Of a stretch of DNA of 64,000 nt, positions 1 through 8,635 are shown piece after piece. The stretch covers positions 4,064,001 to 4,128,000 of the forward strand of contig OZ243927.1 of assembly GCA_965213925.1 (NCBI GenBank). Direction: 5' to 3'. Origin of the DNA: Trueperaceae bacterium (GTDB lineage Bacteria; Deinococcota; Deinococci; Deinococcales; Trueperaceae). The stretch's first letter is position 1. Each line of letters opens with the position of its first letter. The notes under the pieces are model-generated. The model worked only from the letters and a program-made list of their open reading frames with translations. It did no database searches and was not told the origin of the DNA. A program made the position numbers and the translations under genes.

Positions 1-1455
1 GCGTCGCACGAGCGTCCTGTGGTTCCGGTACTCATCCCGACGCAGCGAGAGGAATCGGAAGAGGCTGGCGAGGTTCAGGTGGTTGCGCCTCGTAGCTTAG
101 CGGGGTGGTTGCAAGGGTTGGGGACCGCTTCCCCCATTGACGCGGACGCTTGGCTTAACGCCGACTACGCCCCGCTCCCTTCCGTCATTCAGGCGGCGCG
201 TCACATCTTCGCGAACGAGCCGCTGCCTTCGGTGCGGCGGGCGCAGAGCGCGGGAATTCCCGAGGTGATGAATTATCTCAGCGAAATCGTCGAGCGGGCG
301 AAAAGGTGCGGCGAGCGTCATCTCGTATTGGTCACAGGGGTCCCCGGCGCGGGAAAAACGCTCGTGGGTTTACAGTTCGTCCACCAGACTTATAAGGATG
401 AGACAGACGCAAACGCCGTGCTCCTCTCCGGTAACGGACCGCTCGTCCAAGTGTTGCAGTACGCGCTCAAGAGCCGCGCCTTTGTGCAGCCGATTCGCAG
501 CTTTTTCATCCAGCACGCCGTTAAAAATCAGTCCGCGCCGCCCGAGCACCTCATCGTCTTTGACGAGGCGCAGCGCGCTTGGGACAAGGAGCGCATGGGC
601 GAGAAGTACGGCGTGGACGTAACAAATCCGCAGCTTATGTTCGAGGTTGCCGAGCGCATCCCTGAATACGCGGTGATGTTGGCGCTCATCGGGGAGGGGC
701 AAGAGATTCATATTGGCGAGGAAGAGGGTATCGAGCAGTGGAGTGACGCGGTGGCGGGGGCTAAGGAAGCGTGGACGGTGCACCTTCCTGAGCGGTTGGA
801 GTCCGAGTTCGATGCTTCACTCCATTTAGAGCCCCAGTCCTTTTTGGACCTCACGACCTCTTTGCGAACCCACTTAGCCGAAGACGTGCAGCGCTGGGTG
901 GCGCGGCTGTTAGAGGGGGATATAAGGGGTGCCGAAGAGTTGGCCGCTGACATCCAAAACCAGGGCTTTGCCATGTACCTAACCAGAGATTTAGAGGCTG
1001 CCAAGACGTATTGCCGCGAACGCTACGAGAACAATCAGGAAAAGCGCTACGGTCTCCTCTCCTCCTCTAAAGCGAGCAATCTTCCCAAGCACGGCGTATA
1101 TAACGACTATCAATCTACCAAACGCCTTAAAGTCGGACCCTGGTACATCGACCCACCCGACTCGCCTAACTCGTGCTGTGCGCTTGACACTGTCGCCACC
1201 GAGTTCGCCTGTCAAGGACTAGAATTGGATTTTCCCATCGTCTGTTGGGGGAGCGACCTGCGCGTGCAAGAGGGGCAGTGGTGGTCGAAGGCGTCGCCGC
1301 GCTCCAAAGCGAGAGACCCGCACCGATTAAGGCTCAATGCGTACCGCGTCTTATTAAGTCGGGGGCGCGACGGATTGGTAGTCTTCGTGCCGCCCGAAAA
1401 GGTCTTGAATGAGACGTTTGCAGTGTTACAAGAGGCAGGATTGAGCGCGTTGTAG
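1..1455 (+). CDS. DUF2075 / Schlafen group-3-like SF1 DNA/RNA helicase domain protein (5' partial)
   Basis: Frame is open from base 1. Walker A GVPGAGKT, Walker B-like IVFDEAQR, and C-terminal motifs TEFACQGLELD and NAYRVLLSRGR typical of DUF2075. Confidence 0.85.
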   Translation, partial: ASHERPVVPVLIPTQREESEEAGEVQVVAPRSLAGWLQGLGTASPIDADAWLNADYAPLPSVIQAARHIFANEPLPSVRRAQSAGIPEVMNYLSEIVERAKRCGERHLVLVTGVPGAGKTLVGLQFVHQTYKDETDANAVLLSGNGPLVQVLQYALKSRAFVQPIRSFFIQHAVKNQSAPPEHLIVFDEAQRAWDKERMGEKYGVDVTNPQLMFEVAERIPEYAVMLALIGEGQEIHIGEEEGIEQWSDAVAGAKEAWTVHLPERLESEFDASLHLEPQSFLDLTTSLRTHLAEDVQRWVARLLEGDIRGAEELAADIQNQGFAMYLTRDLEAAKTYCRERYENNQEKRYGLLSSSKASNLPKHGVYNDYQSTKRLKVGPWYIDPPDSPNSCCALDTVATEFACQGLELDFPIVCWGSDLRVQEGQWWSKASPRSKARDPHRLRLNAYRVLLSRGRDGLVVFVPPEKVLNETFAVLQEAGLSAL

Positions 1456-1484
1456 ATAGGTCGGAAACGCGCTTAAGCCTCGAG

Positions 1485-1655
1485 CTACAGAATTCTAGCC
1501 ATTGCCGCGTTCGCACCCTCTTGATAGGCCCGCGCATCCTGCCGCTCCCAAATGAGCTTGAGGAGCGAGTAGGTGTGCAGCACGAGACCGATGGGGACAA
1601 CATAGAGCGGGATGAGCGAGAGCGGAAAGTAGGCGAAAGGCGGGGTGACGATTTG
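1485..1655 (-). pseudogene. Orphan 3' end of a membrane-protein gene (deletion remnant)
   Basis: An alternative frame reads ..PPFAYFPLSLIPLYVVPIGLVLHTYSLLKLIWERQ..ARIL*. It is a hydrophobic TM segment with no start of its own. Confidence 0.55.
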
Positions 1656-1900
1656 CGTCTCAGCGTCGTCCTGTCCACTGCGAGCTGTTCCGCGAGGTCG
1701 CCTATGCTGCTTGGACCGGCGAGGGAACTCGAGACTAAAAGTGTGAACTGCGAAATGCGCAAATCCACCCTCGAGAGCGCCTCATCGTAGCGCTGCGTGG
1801 TCGCTCGCACCGCTTTTTTCAGGTTGAAGTGCGCGCAGCGCCGAGCCATATGGCGGCGTTTGTCTTCGGCTAACTCCGTCACGTCGTTAATTGAGTGCAT
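1653..1900 (-). pseudogene. MarR-family regulator, truncated after the HTH
   Basis: CAHFNLKKAVRATTQRYDEAL..LRISQFTLL..IGDLAEQLAVDRTTL matches MarR wHTH. The sequence then becomes Ser/Arg-rich and non-MarR. Confidence 0.75.
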
Positions 1901-1906
1901 ATGCAC
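1895..1906. promoter_or_regulatory. Palindrome GTGCATATGCAC over the marR start, putative autoregulatory operator
   Basis: Perfect 12-bp palindrome overlapping the start codon. Confidence 0.45.
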
Positions 1907-2001
1907 ATTTCGCTAACCTCTCTACCGGACAACCGGACGAATGACCCGACCATATGAGAGAAAGGGTGCTAAGATGAGACTAGAGGTCAAACGTGGGACT
2001 T

Positions 2002-2793
2002 ATGACAGACACGTACAGCAAAGTGAGAGCGCAGTTCGGCAAGGTTGCGGCGGGCTATGTAAATAGCGAAGGACACGCGAAGGGCGCAGAACTAGCGCTC
2101 ATGGTGGAGCTTGCAGGCGACGTTGCGGGCAAACGTGTGCTCGATATCGCAACGGGTGGCGGACACACCGCGCTCGCCTTCGCCAAAGCAGGTGCCGAGG
2201 TCGTCGCAACAGACCTGACGCCCGAGATGCTAAACGCCGCCAAAGCCTTCTTTGAAAAAGAAAACGCTGAGGTGCGTTCAAGTGTCTTCTTGACGCCCGC
2301 TGCCGCCGAAGACCTTCCCTTTGAGAGCGCTTCTTTCGATATCGTGACCTGCCGCATCGCCGCACATCACTTCGCCGACCCCGCAGCGTTTCTTAGGGAG
2401 AGTGCAAGGGTGCTTAAACCCGGCGGAACGTTGATGCTCGCCGATAACATCGCCCCGACGCCCCCCGAGTTGGCGCGGATCATGAACCACATCGAAAAGG
2501 TGCGCGACCCCAGCCACGTCGAGGCGTACAGCGTGGCAACGTGGCTAGACTGGTTCGCCGAAGCGTGCTTAGAACTCCTGCACTTTTCACGGTGGGAAAC
2601 GCATAAGGATTTTAGAGAGTGGCTCACCAGGGCGCAGACCCCCGAGCCCGACGGGGACGTGTTAGAGGCGTACGTGCTGAGCCTACCCGAACGCTATAAG
2701 CGCTACTTCAAGGTGGAGGAGCAAGAGGGCGCACTGTACTCGCTCGTCCACGAGGCGGCGCTCTTTGTGGCAACGAAGTTAGAAGCGGCGTAA
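2002..2793 (+). CDS. Class I SAM-dependent methyltransferase (Methyltransf_11)
   Basis: VLDIATGGGH motif I, AEDLPF..SFDIV, RVLKPGG. Confidence 0.9.
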   Translation: MTDTYSKVRAQFGKVAAGYVNSEGHAKGAELALMVELAGDVAGKRVLDIATGGGHTALAFAKAGAEVVATDLTPEMLNAAKAFFEKENAEVRSSVFLTPAAAEDLPFESASFDIVTCRIAAHHFADPAAFLRESARVLKPGGTLMLADNIAPTPPELARIMNHIEKVRDPSHVEAYSVATWLDWFAEACLELLHFSRWETHKDFREWLTRAQTPEPDGDVLEAYVLSLPERYKRYFKVEEQEGALYSLVHEAALFVATKLEAA

Positions 2794-2951
2794 GAGCAGA
2801 TCAGCATGTTAGCTGCTCAGGTTCTATGCTTTTCCTGACGGGCTGAGTGGCTGACGTGCTTTAAGGACGTTTTCCTAATTCTAGGTATGAGTGGTCTGCG
2901 TGACAACGCCCTGACGCTTGTGCGGAAAATTTGTTACACTCACCTTTATCC

Positions 2952-3578
2952 ATGCGCCAACTTATCCTTATCCGTCACGGTCTTACCGAGTGGAATTCGA
3001 ACGGCAAGTTTCAAGGGCATAGCGATATCGACCTCTCCGAAGAAGGTAGGGTGCAAGCAGAGGCGCTACGCGGCCGCTTAGCGGAGCTTCGCCAGAGCGG
3101 GCTCAGCCTTGGTGAGGTGGTCTCGAGCCCCCTCAAACGCGCTTACCAAACCGCGCAAATTGCCCTGCCAGAGCACGATATTCGTCGTGACAGCCGCCTC
3201 AAAGAACTCAACTTCGGCGCGTTCGAAGGGCGCACCTTAGCGCAGAACTGCGCCACCGAAGCGTGGGACGCTTGGTACCGAGACCCGTTCAAGCGGCGCA
3301 CGCCGAGGGGCGAATCCTACGAAGATTTGCGGCTTAGGGTAGTGGACTGGTTTAAGAGCTTACCGGACGGGCACACCGCCGCATTTACCCACTCCGGTAC
3401 GATTCAGATGCTGATTAGTCATATCTTGGGCGTCGAGCACCCTAAGTGGCGCAAGCGTATCTTTTTGCAGCATACGAGCTTGACCCGCGTGCTCTGTAAG
3501 GACGGAGAAATCGTATTGGAGCGCGTCAACGACGCGCGACATTTGGAGCCTTTGGTTGGCGACGAGGCGTTCGGATGA
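2952..3578 (+). CDS. Histidine phosphatase (phosphoglycerate mutase family)
   Basis: LIRHGLTEWN, SSPLKRAYQTA, ELNFGAFEG, THSGTI. Confidence 0.9.
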   Translation: MRQLILIRHGLTEWNSNGKFQGHSDIDLSEEGRVQAEALRGRLAELRQSGLSLGEVVSSPLKRAYQTAQIALPEHDIRRDSRLKELNFGAFEGRTLAQNCATEAWDAWYRDPFKRRTPRGESYEDLRLRVVDWFKSLPDGHTAAFTHSGTIQMLISHILGVEHPKWRKRIFLQHTSLTRVLCKDGEIVLERVNDARHLEPLVGDEAFG

Positions 3579-3617
3579 TGGGAGGAGGTGGCGACGCTTC
3601 TTCTCCTCCTTATCAAT

Positions 3618-5231
3618 CTACGCCGCCGACGCCTCTCCCGTCGAACCTTGCCCCGCCTCTTCTTGCTCCGCCACTTTCCCTTCGATCATCACCCACGCGA
3701 TGAGCGCACTCAGCGCTGCGAGCGCAGCGGAAATGAGCATCACCACGCGGAAACCGTAGACGAACGCTTGACTGATCGCCGCTTCGACCTCTCCTATATT
3801 CGCGACCTCTTCAGGAATTTGAATGCTCGCTAAATCCGCCCGGTTACTGAGAATCGTGCTTCTGACCTCTTCACTCAAGTTGAGCGGCTCCAACTGACCC
3901 CTCAGCGCACTCCCAAAGGCAATCACCATCACGACACCAAAGATCGCAACGGCTAAGAGACCGGCGACCCTCGAGGCTGCGTTGTTAATCCCCGACGCCG
4001 TCCCCGCGTAGTGCGTCGCGACGGCGTTCATCACCGCTGTGGTCAGCGGCGCGACGCTGATCGCCATGCCGAAACCCATCACCGAAATCGCTGGGAAAAA
4101 GGTCGTCCAGTACGAACCGCTCGTCCCCGGCAGCGTGAAGAGCAAAAAGCCCGCCGCCACGACCACCGGACCGATGGTAAGAGGCAGCTTCGCACCAAAA
4201 CGGGCGATGAGACCGCCGGACCAGCTCGACAAGAGCGACATCAAGACGATGAAAGGAAGTAACGCTGCCCCCGCCGCCGTCGCCGAGTAGCCCTGCACTT
4301 GGATGAGGTTGAGGGGTAAGAAAAAGAGTGCGCCGCCCAAAGCCGCGTAGAGCAAGACCGTCAAGAGGTTCGCTCCGCTGAACGTTTGAGAGGAGAAGAG
4401 TTTAAGGGGAACCATCGGCGCTTTGAGACGGCGTTCTACGGTGATGAACGCGGCGACAGCGAGCACGCCGACAACGAACGCCGCGATGACCGAGAGGTTG
4501 CCAAACCCTCGGTTCGAAGACTCTAAAAAGCCGTAGGTAATCCCGCCCAGACCCACCGTTGCAAGTGCCGCCCCCCACCAGTCGAGCCCGCCCGTGACCT
4601 CATCGTCGCGGCTTTCGGGCACGCGCCACCAAGCAATCGCGATAACGGCGACCGCAAAAGGAATATTTACGAAGAAAATCCAGCGCCAGGAGAGCGTGTC
4701 GATGAGCCACCCGCCCAGGACCGGACCCGCCCCCGAAGTCATTGCGGAGAACGCCGCCCACAGCCCGATAGCGCGACCTCTTTCTCCCTCGGGAAAGGAC
4801 GCGCTGATAATCGCCAAACTACCGGGGACTAAAAGTGCGCCGCCAACACCCTGCACACCTCTTGCAATAATAAGCTGCGTCACACTCGGCGCGAGCCCGC
4901 ACCAGACCGCCGCGCCCGCGAAGAGCGCCACGCCCAGCATGAAGATACGGCTGCGCCCAAAGTGGTCCCCGAGCGAGCCGCCCAAGAGGATGAGCGCCGC
5001 CAAAAAGAGGGTGTAGGCGTTCACCACCCACTGAATGTCCACGACGTTCGCGCCCAAACTGTCTTGCAGCGCAGGTAGCGCGACGTTGACCGTCGAGGAG
5101 TTGATCTGCGCCATCGAGGAGCCTAAGATCGTCGCCGCAAGAATCCAGGGTTTGGCGTCTTCTGCGCAGGGCGTACTCTTTTGGCCCCCGCGAACGACGC
5201 CTTCGTCGCAGGGATAGTGAGCGTGCGCCAC
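3618..5231 (-). CDS. MFS drug:H+ antiporter (DHA2, 14 TM)
   Basis: STVNVALPAL, QWVVNAYTL, GGSLGDHFGR, ARGVQGVGGALL. Start set at GTG 5231, just after the upstream gene's stop. Confidence 0.9.
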   Translation of the reverse strand: MAHAHYPCDEGVVRGGQKSTPCAEDAKPWILAATILGSSMAQINSSTVNVALPALQDSLGANVVDIQWVVNAYTLFLAALILLGGSLGDHFGRSRIFMLGVALFAGAAVWCGLAPSVTQLIIARGVQGVGGALLVPGSLAIISASFPEGERGRAIGLWAAFSAMTSGAGPVLGGWLIDTLSWRWIFFVNIPFAVAVIAIAWWRVPESRDDEVTGGLDWWGAALATVGLGGITYGFLESSNRGFGNLSVIAAFVVGVLAVAAFITVERRLKAPMVPLKLFSSQTFSGANLLTVLLYAALGGALFFLPLNLIQVQGYSATAAGAALLPFIVLMSLLSSWSGGLIARFGAKLPLTIGPVVVAAGFLLFTLPGTSGSYWTTFFPAISVMGFGMAISVAPLTTAVMNAVATHYAGTASGINNAASRVAGLLAVAIFGVVMVIAFGSALRGQLEPLNLSEEVRSTILSNRADLASIQIPEEVANIGEVEAAISQAFVYGFRVVMLISAALAALSALIAWVMIEGKVAEQEEAGQGSTGEASAA

Positions 5232-5233
5232 TT

Positions 5234-5518
5234 TTAACCTTCGACCAATGAATCGGGTACCTCGCGCTTGGTCAACTCGTGGACGTAGCAGTAGCCCCAC
5301 TCTTCGCCCGGTTCGAAGGAGCGGACGACGGGGTGTTCAGAAGCGTGAAAGTGTTTGGTAGCGTGCTTGTTTTTAGATGAGTCGCAGCAGCCGACGTGAC
5401 CGCACCCCAGACACACCCGCAAGTGCACCCACGAGTCTCCCATCTCCACGCACTCCTTACACCCCTCACCACTCGGCGTGACCGGACTCAGACCTTCGAA
5501 ATCTCGACATTCAGCCAT
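5234..5518 (-). CDS. UBP-type zinc finger protein
   Basis: CKEC..WVHLRVCLGCGHVGCCDSSKNKHATKHFH..WGYCY. Confidence 0.9.
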   Translation of the reverse strand: MAECRDFEGLSPVTPSGEGCKECVEMGDSWVHLRVCLGCGHVGCCDSSKNKHATKHFHASEHPVVRSFEPGEEWGYCYVHELTKREVPDSLVEG

Positions 5519-5696
5519 CTTGGGTCCTCATTTCTGCTGCCCTCATTCGCTTACTTTAGTTCAAAATGTTTACAATTTGGTGAAGTCTCAACGTTAGCCG
5601 GTACAGCGCTCGCCCGAACGTTGTGCCAGTTGCCTTTTGCTCGAGCCCTTCGCCGTTAGCTGATCCAAAAAGCCAACGGCTAAAGGCTTGCTCTTC

Positions 5697-6920
5697 CTAA
5701 TCCCCCGAGCTTGGCGAACGCGATAACGCCTCCGGTCTCCCTTTGTGATTGCCCAAAAGCCACTCCTTCCACGACAGCTCCAGCGTGCTGCAGTCTCTAT
5801 CTGGGTAGCGCACGTCCCTCGTTTGCGAATAATTGAGGATGCCGACTAGGAGCACGCCGCCAAGCGTGTTGCCCAAGAGGACGGGCAAAAAGAACCCGAA
5901 CGCCGACGCCGCCAGACTCGCCTCGCCTTGAAAGACCAAATAGAGCGCTTCGCTCGAGCCGATGATGCAGTGAAAGAGGTCGGCCGAAGGAATCATAAAC
6001 ATGAGGACGAACACGGTGAAAAAGCGCGTCATGGAGTCCCGCGCCGCGTGCGTCAGCCACACCATGCTCGCGACAATCCAGCCCGCAAAGAGCCCCTTCC
6101 AGAAGAGGTCCCACCAGGGCGTCTCGAGACCGTGCAGCGCAAAGCCCCGCGCCGCCTCCGCCGCTTCGGGCGTCAGCACGCCCGTCGTCGCTAAGACGAG
6201 CGCCACTAATGCCGCGCCAAGCACGTTGGCGAGCAACACGACGCCCCACACCCTGAGAAGCGTCGGCAAGGAGGCGATGCGCGTCAAGACGAGCGTGACG
6301 GGCGTGAGGGTATTCTCTGTAAAAAGCTGATAGCGCCCCATGACGATGAGCAAGAAGCCCACCGGATAGAGCAAGTTGCCGACTAAGCCGCTCGAGTCCC
6401 ACGGCGTCAACCCCGTCAGCGCCGCTCTTGCTAAAAAGGTCAACCCGATCGAAAGCCCCGCCGCGACGCCGCTCAGAAATAAAAGGCGGTTGCTGCGCGA
6501 AAACTCCTCGTCCGCCGTCGCCGTAATGCGCTGGAAAATCTCGTCGGTGGAGAACATGTCGCGCACCGCTTTGCCCGCCGCCGGTGCGCCCGAGGCGGAG
6601 CGGTCCAGTGCGCCGCGCACGCCCATGTTCTCCGAATCCTCTTCCGGGTCTGTGAACGCGATATCCGACGCACTGAGCGCGTCTCTAAGCTCATCGTCCG
6701 AGGGGTTTTTCATGACCCTGTCGCCCACCGTGACCATCGGATACTTGAGCTGACCGCTGTTCATCTGCCGCACGCGCTCTTCGGCGTCAGCGTCGTTTTC
6801 GATGTCGAAGAAGTCGTAAGGGACGTTGTGCTCGCCCAGCCACTCGCGGATGCCTTTTGTAAGGGGGCAGCTCTGGGTGCCGTAGACGGCGGTGTCCACT
6901 TGGATGGCGGCTTGGGTCAT
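5697..6920 (-). CDS. Formate/nitrite transporter family protein with N-terminal glutaredoxin-like domain
   Basis: N-terminal YGTQSCPLT..VPYDFFDIE..YPMVTVGD..NPS (Grx/NrdH fold). C-terminal QLFTENT, FHCIIGS, LGNTLGG (FNT). Confidence 0.85.
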   Translation of the reverse strand: MTQAAIQVDTAVYGTQSCPLTKGIREWLGEHNVPYDFFDIENDADAEERVRQMNSGQLKYPMVTVGDRVMKNPSDDELRDALSASDIAFTDPEEDSENMGVRGALDRSASGAPAAGKAVRDMFSTDEIFQRITATADEEFSRSNRLLFLSGVAAGLSIGLTFLARAALTGLTPWDSSGLVGNLLYPVGFLLIVMGRYQLFTENTLTPVTLVLTRIASLPTLLRVWGVVLLANVLGAALVALVLATTGVLTPEAAEAARGFALHGLETPWWDLFWKGLFAGWIVASMVWLTHAARDSMTRFFTVFVLMFMIPSADLFHCIIGSSEALYLVFQGEASLAASAFGFFLPVLLGNTLGGVLLVGILNYSQTRDVRYPDRDCSTLELSWKEWLLGNHKGRPEALSRSPSSGD

Positions 6921-7251
6921 CGCGCCTTAGTTTGAATTTGGAGGGGCTCGAGGCTAACCATCACCGTTACAGATGTCTTCATAAGAGGCCACTTTCTACA
7001 GGTTGAGAGGTTACAGCGCGTAAGAAGGATTGAAGATAGAGGTCCTGAGTCGAAAAAAAGTGTTTTCTCTACCTTTTTAGCGTGCACGCTTGCATTGGCG
7101 AAGTCACTTGGCTTACGTTACAGGGTTAATATATCTTTCAATCTTGGGCGTGTTCGCGTAGATACACCCGTCAGTTGGTGCGCAGCGCGTCATTCTCGAA
7201 CTCCATGATTTTGATGCGTCAGCCGTGCACGACGCTCGAGCGTCTCTACAT

Positions 7252-7858
7252 TCACCAAATACCGTCAAGCTCGAGCACAAACCCCTCTAACACGCCGGTT
7301 CCTACAACCTCTTGCGGGTGCTCGAGTTCTTCTACCCCATCAGCGGTATAGATGTAAACCTTTTTCTCTTGTGGGTCGATAAGCCAAGCGAGTTCCGCGC
7401 CGTTCTCTAGGTACTCGAGCATCTTTTCCTTCGATAACGTTGAGGCGGTCAGTTGGTGAACGAAGTTCCAAGGCGAATTCGGGGCAGAGAGGTAAGAACT
7501 TGTCCCTTTGCTTAGCTGTGAGTTCTGCTAGTTTTTCCTGACTTACCCACGATACATCGGGTGAACGAACCGCGCCGCTCGCCAAGTGAAAGCCCCCCGA
7601 AGAATCGAACACCTCTCCCCGGTTATGTTGGTCGTTCCAGACGACGAACCGGGAGGTGAGTTTCGCGTTGCGGTTTCCTGTATTTCCTCCAGCGGGCGGC
7701 ATGACGATAAGGTCTCCTTCGGCGCTGAGTTCCATGCGGAGGTCTCTGTTGGCTCGGGCGAGATCGAAAAAGGTGTCGGCGTCGAGCGTGAGCACCGAGC
7801 CCAAACGCATCACGACGTAGGGGTAGTCGCTTTTGGAAGAAACGGGTTTAACAGCCAT
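7252..7858 (-). pseudogene. Uma2 (DUF820) family endonuclease with a single-base frameshift
   Basis: FDSSGGF, RSPDVSWV, PEFALELRSPTD. After ~7433 the C-terminus KMLEYLENGAELAWLIDPQEKKVYIY..LELDGIW* is in another frame; total length 607 = 3n+1. Confidence 0.85.
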
Positions 7859-8013
7859 AGTCACCTCCGGTGAGTCTATTTTAGCACCTCTTCAGCGCGG
7901 CTTTTTTGAGACGTGAGGTTGGGATTTTGAGGTGTTGAGATTGAATGAAAGGCCGGTTGAGTGGATAAGGGAAGGAGGAATATAGAAGGGAGAATACAGA
8001 ATATGGACACTTA

Positions 8014-8128
8014 TATAGCGGTTATCAGAAGTACTGAGCTTGAATCACGCAGATATCATCCCCTAAAGTGCGTGCTGCACGATGTTCTATCTCGTGAGAT
8101 TGGCTCAAACCAGATGATACCTGCTATA
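8014..8128 (+). repeat. Dispersed repeat family A, copy 1
   Basis: TATAGC..GTACTGAG..GCAGATATCATC..GTGCGTGCT..CTCAAACCAGATGATACCTGCTATA. Confidence 0.85.
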
Positions 8129-8155
8129 TTCTCTCTTGAAGTATGCTCTATTCTC

Positions 8156-8635
8156 CTACATAGCACCTCGCTCAACCGACTTTCCAGCGTGTCCCGAGGC
8201 GTTCGCCCTGCGGCGCTCTAGCAAATCTGTAAAGAGGTCAGCTAAGTCGGATGTTAAGTCGAGTTCTTTGACCTCTCGCTCCACCTCTTCCAAAGAGAGC
8301 GGCGCGGCCTTATTTTTCTTGCCGATGAGCGTCACCGCGCGGTAGAGGTAAGACATTTTCAGAAGCCAGAGCGCGTGCGCCGTATCTTCCGACCTCTTCA
8401 AACGAAAAGAAATCCAGCCCGAATCCTTGAGGATGTGGTGCTCTGCCGCCAGCCCCTCGGCAATCAAGAGGTCGCGCACCTTCTTCGTAAAAGGTACGTC
8501 GAGCAAGCGGCTCCCGTGCAGATGTCCTAGCTCGATCCCGGCAAGCTGGTACTCCAAACCGCCGAAGCGGTGGGGGTGAACGCTCACCCCGGACCACGCG
8601 CCAGCGGCGTCTCGAACGTCGGTTGCTGCGCTCAT
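8156..8635 (-). CDS. DUF5519 / luciferase-like domain protein
   Basis: HRFGG.EY..ELGHLHG..LDVPF..HHIL..SGWISF. ATGA overlap with the upstream ABC gene. Confidence 0.75.
   Translation of the reverse strand: MSAATDVRDAAGAWSGVSVHPHRFGGLEYQLAGIELGHLHGSRLLDVPFTKKVRDLLIAEGLAAEHHILKDSGWISFRLKRSEDTAHALWLLKMSYLYRAVTLIGKKNKAAPLSLEEVEREVKELDLTSDLADLFTDLLERRRANASGHAGKSVERGAM

Noticed and set aside
7081..7232. Imperfect inverted repeat CGTGCACG..TGCAT / ATGC..CGTGCACG in an intergenic region
   Set aside because: Short and degenerate with no second copy seen, so it cannot be supported as an element.
7961..8221. ORFs sharing the peptide (G/A)SNQ(M/T)I(P/L)AI (7961-8221, the 5' part of 31674-32057, 37296-37487)
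   Set aside because: The shared peptide is simply the translation of repeat family A DNA. Frames are not preserved among the copies.
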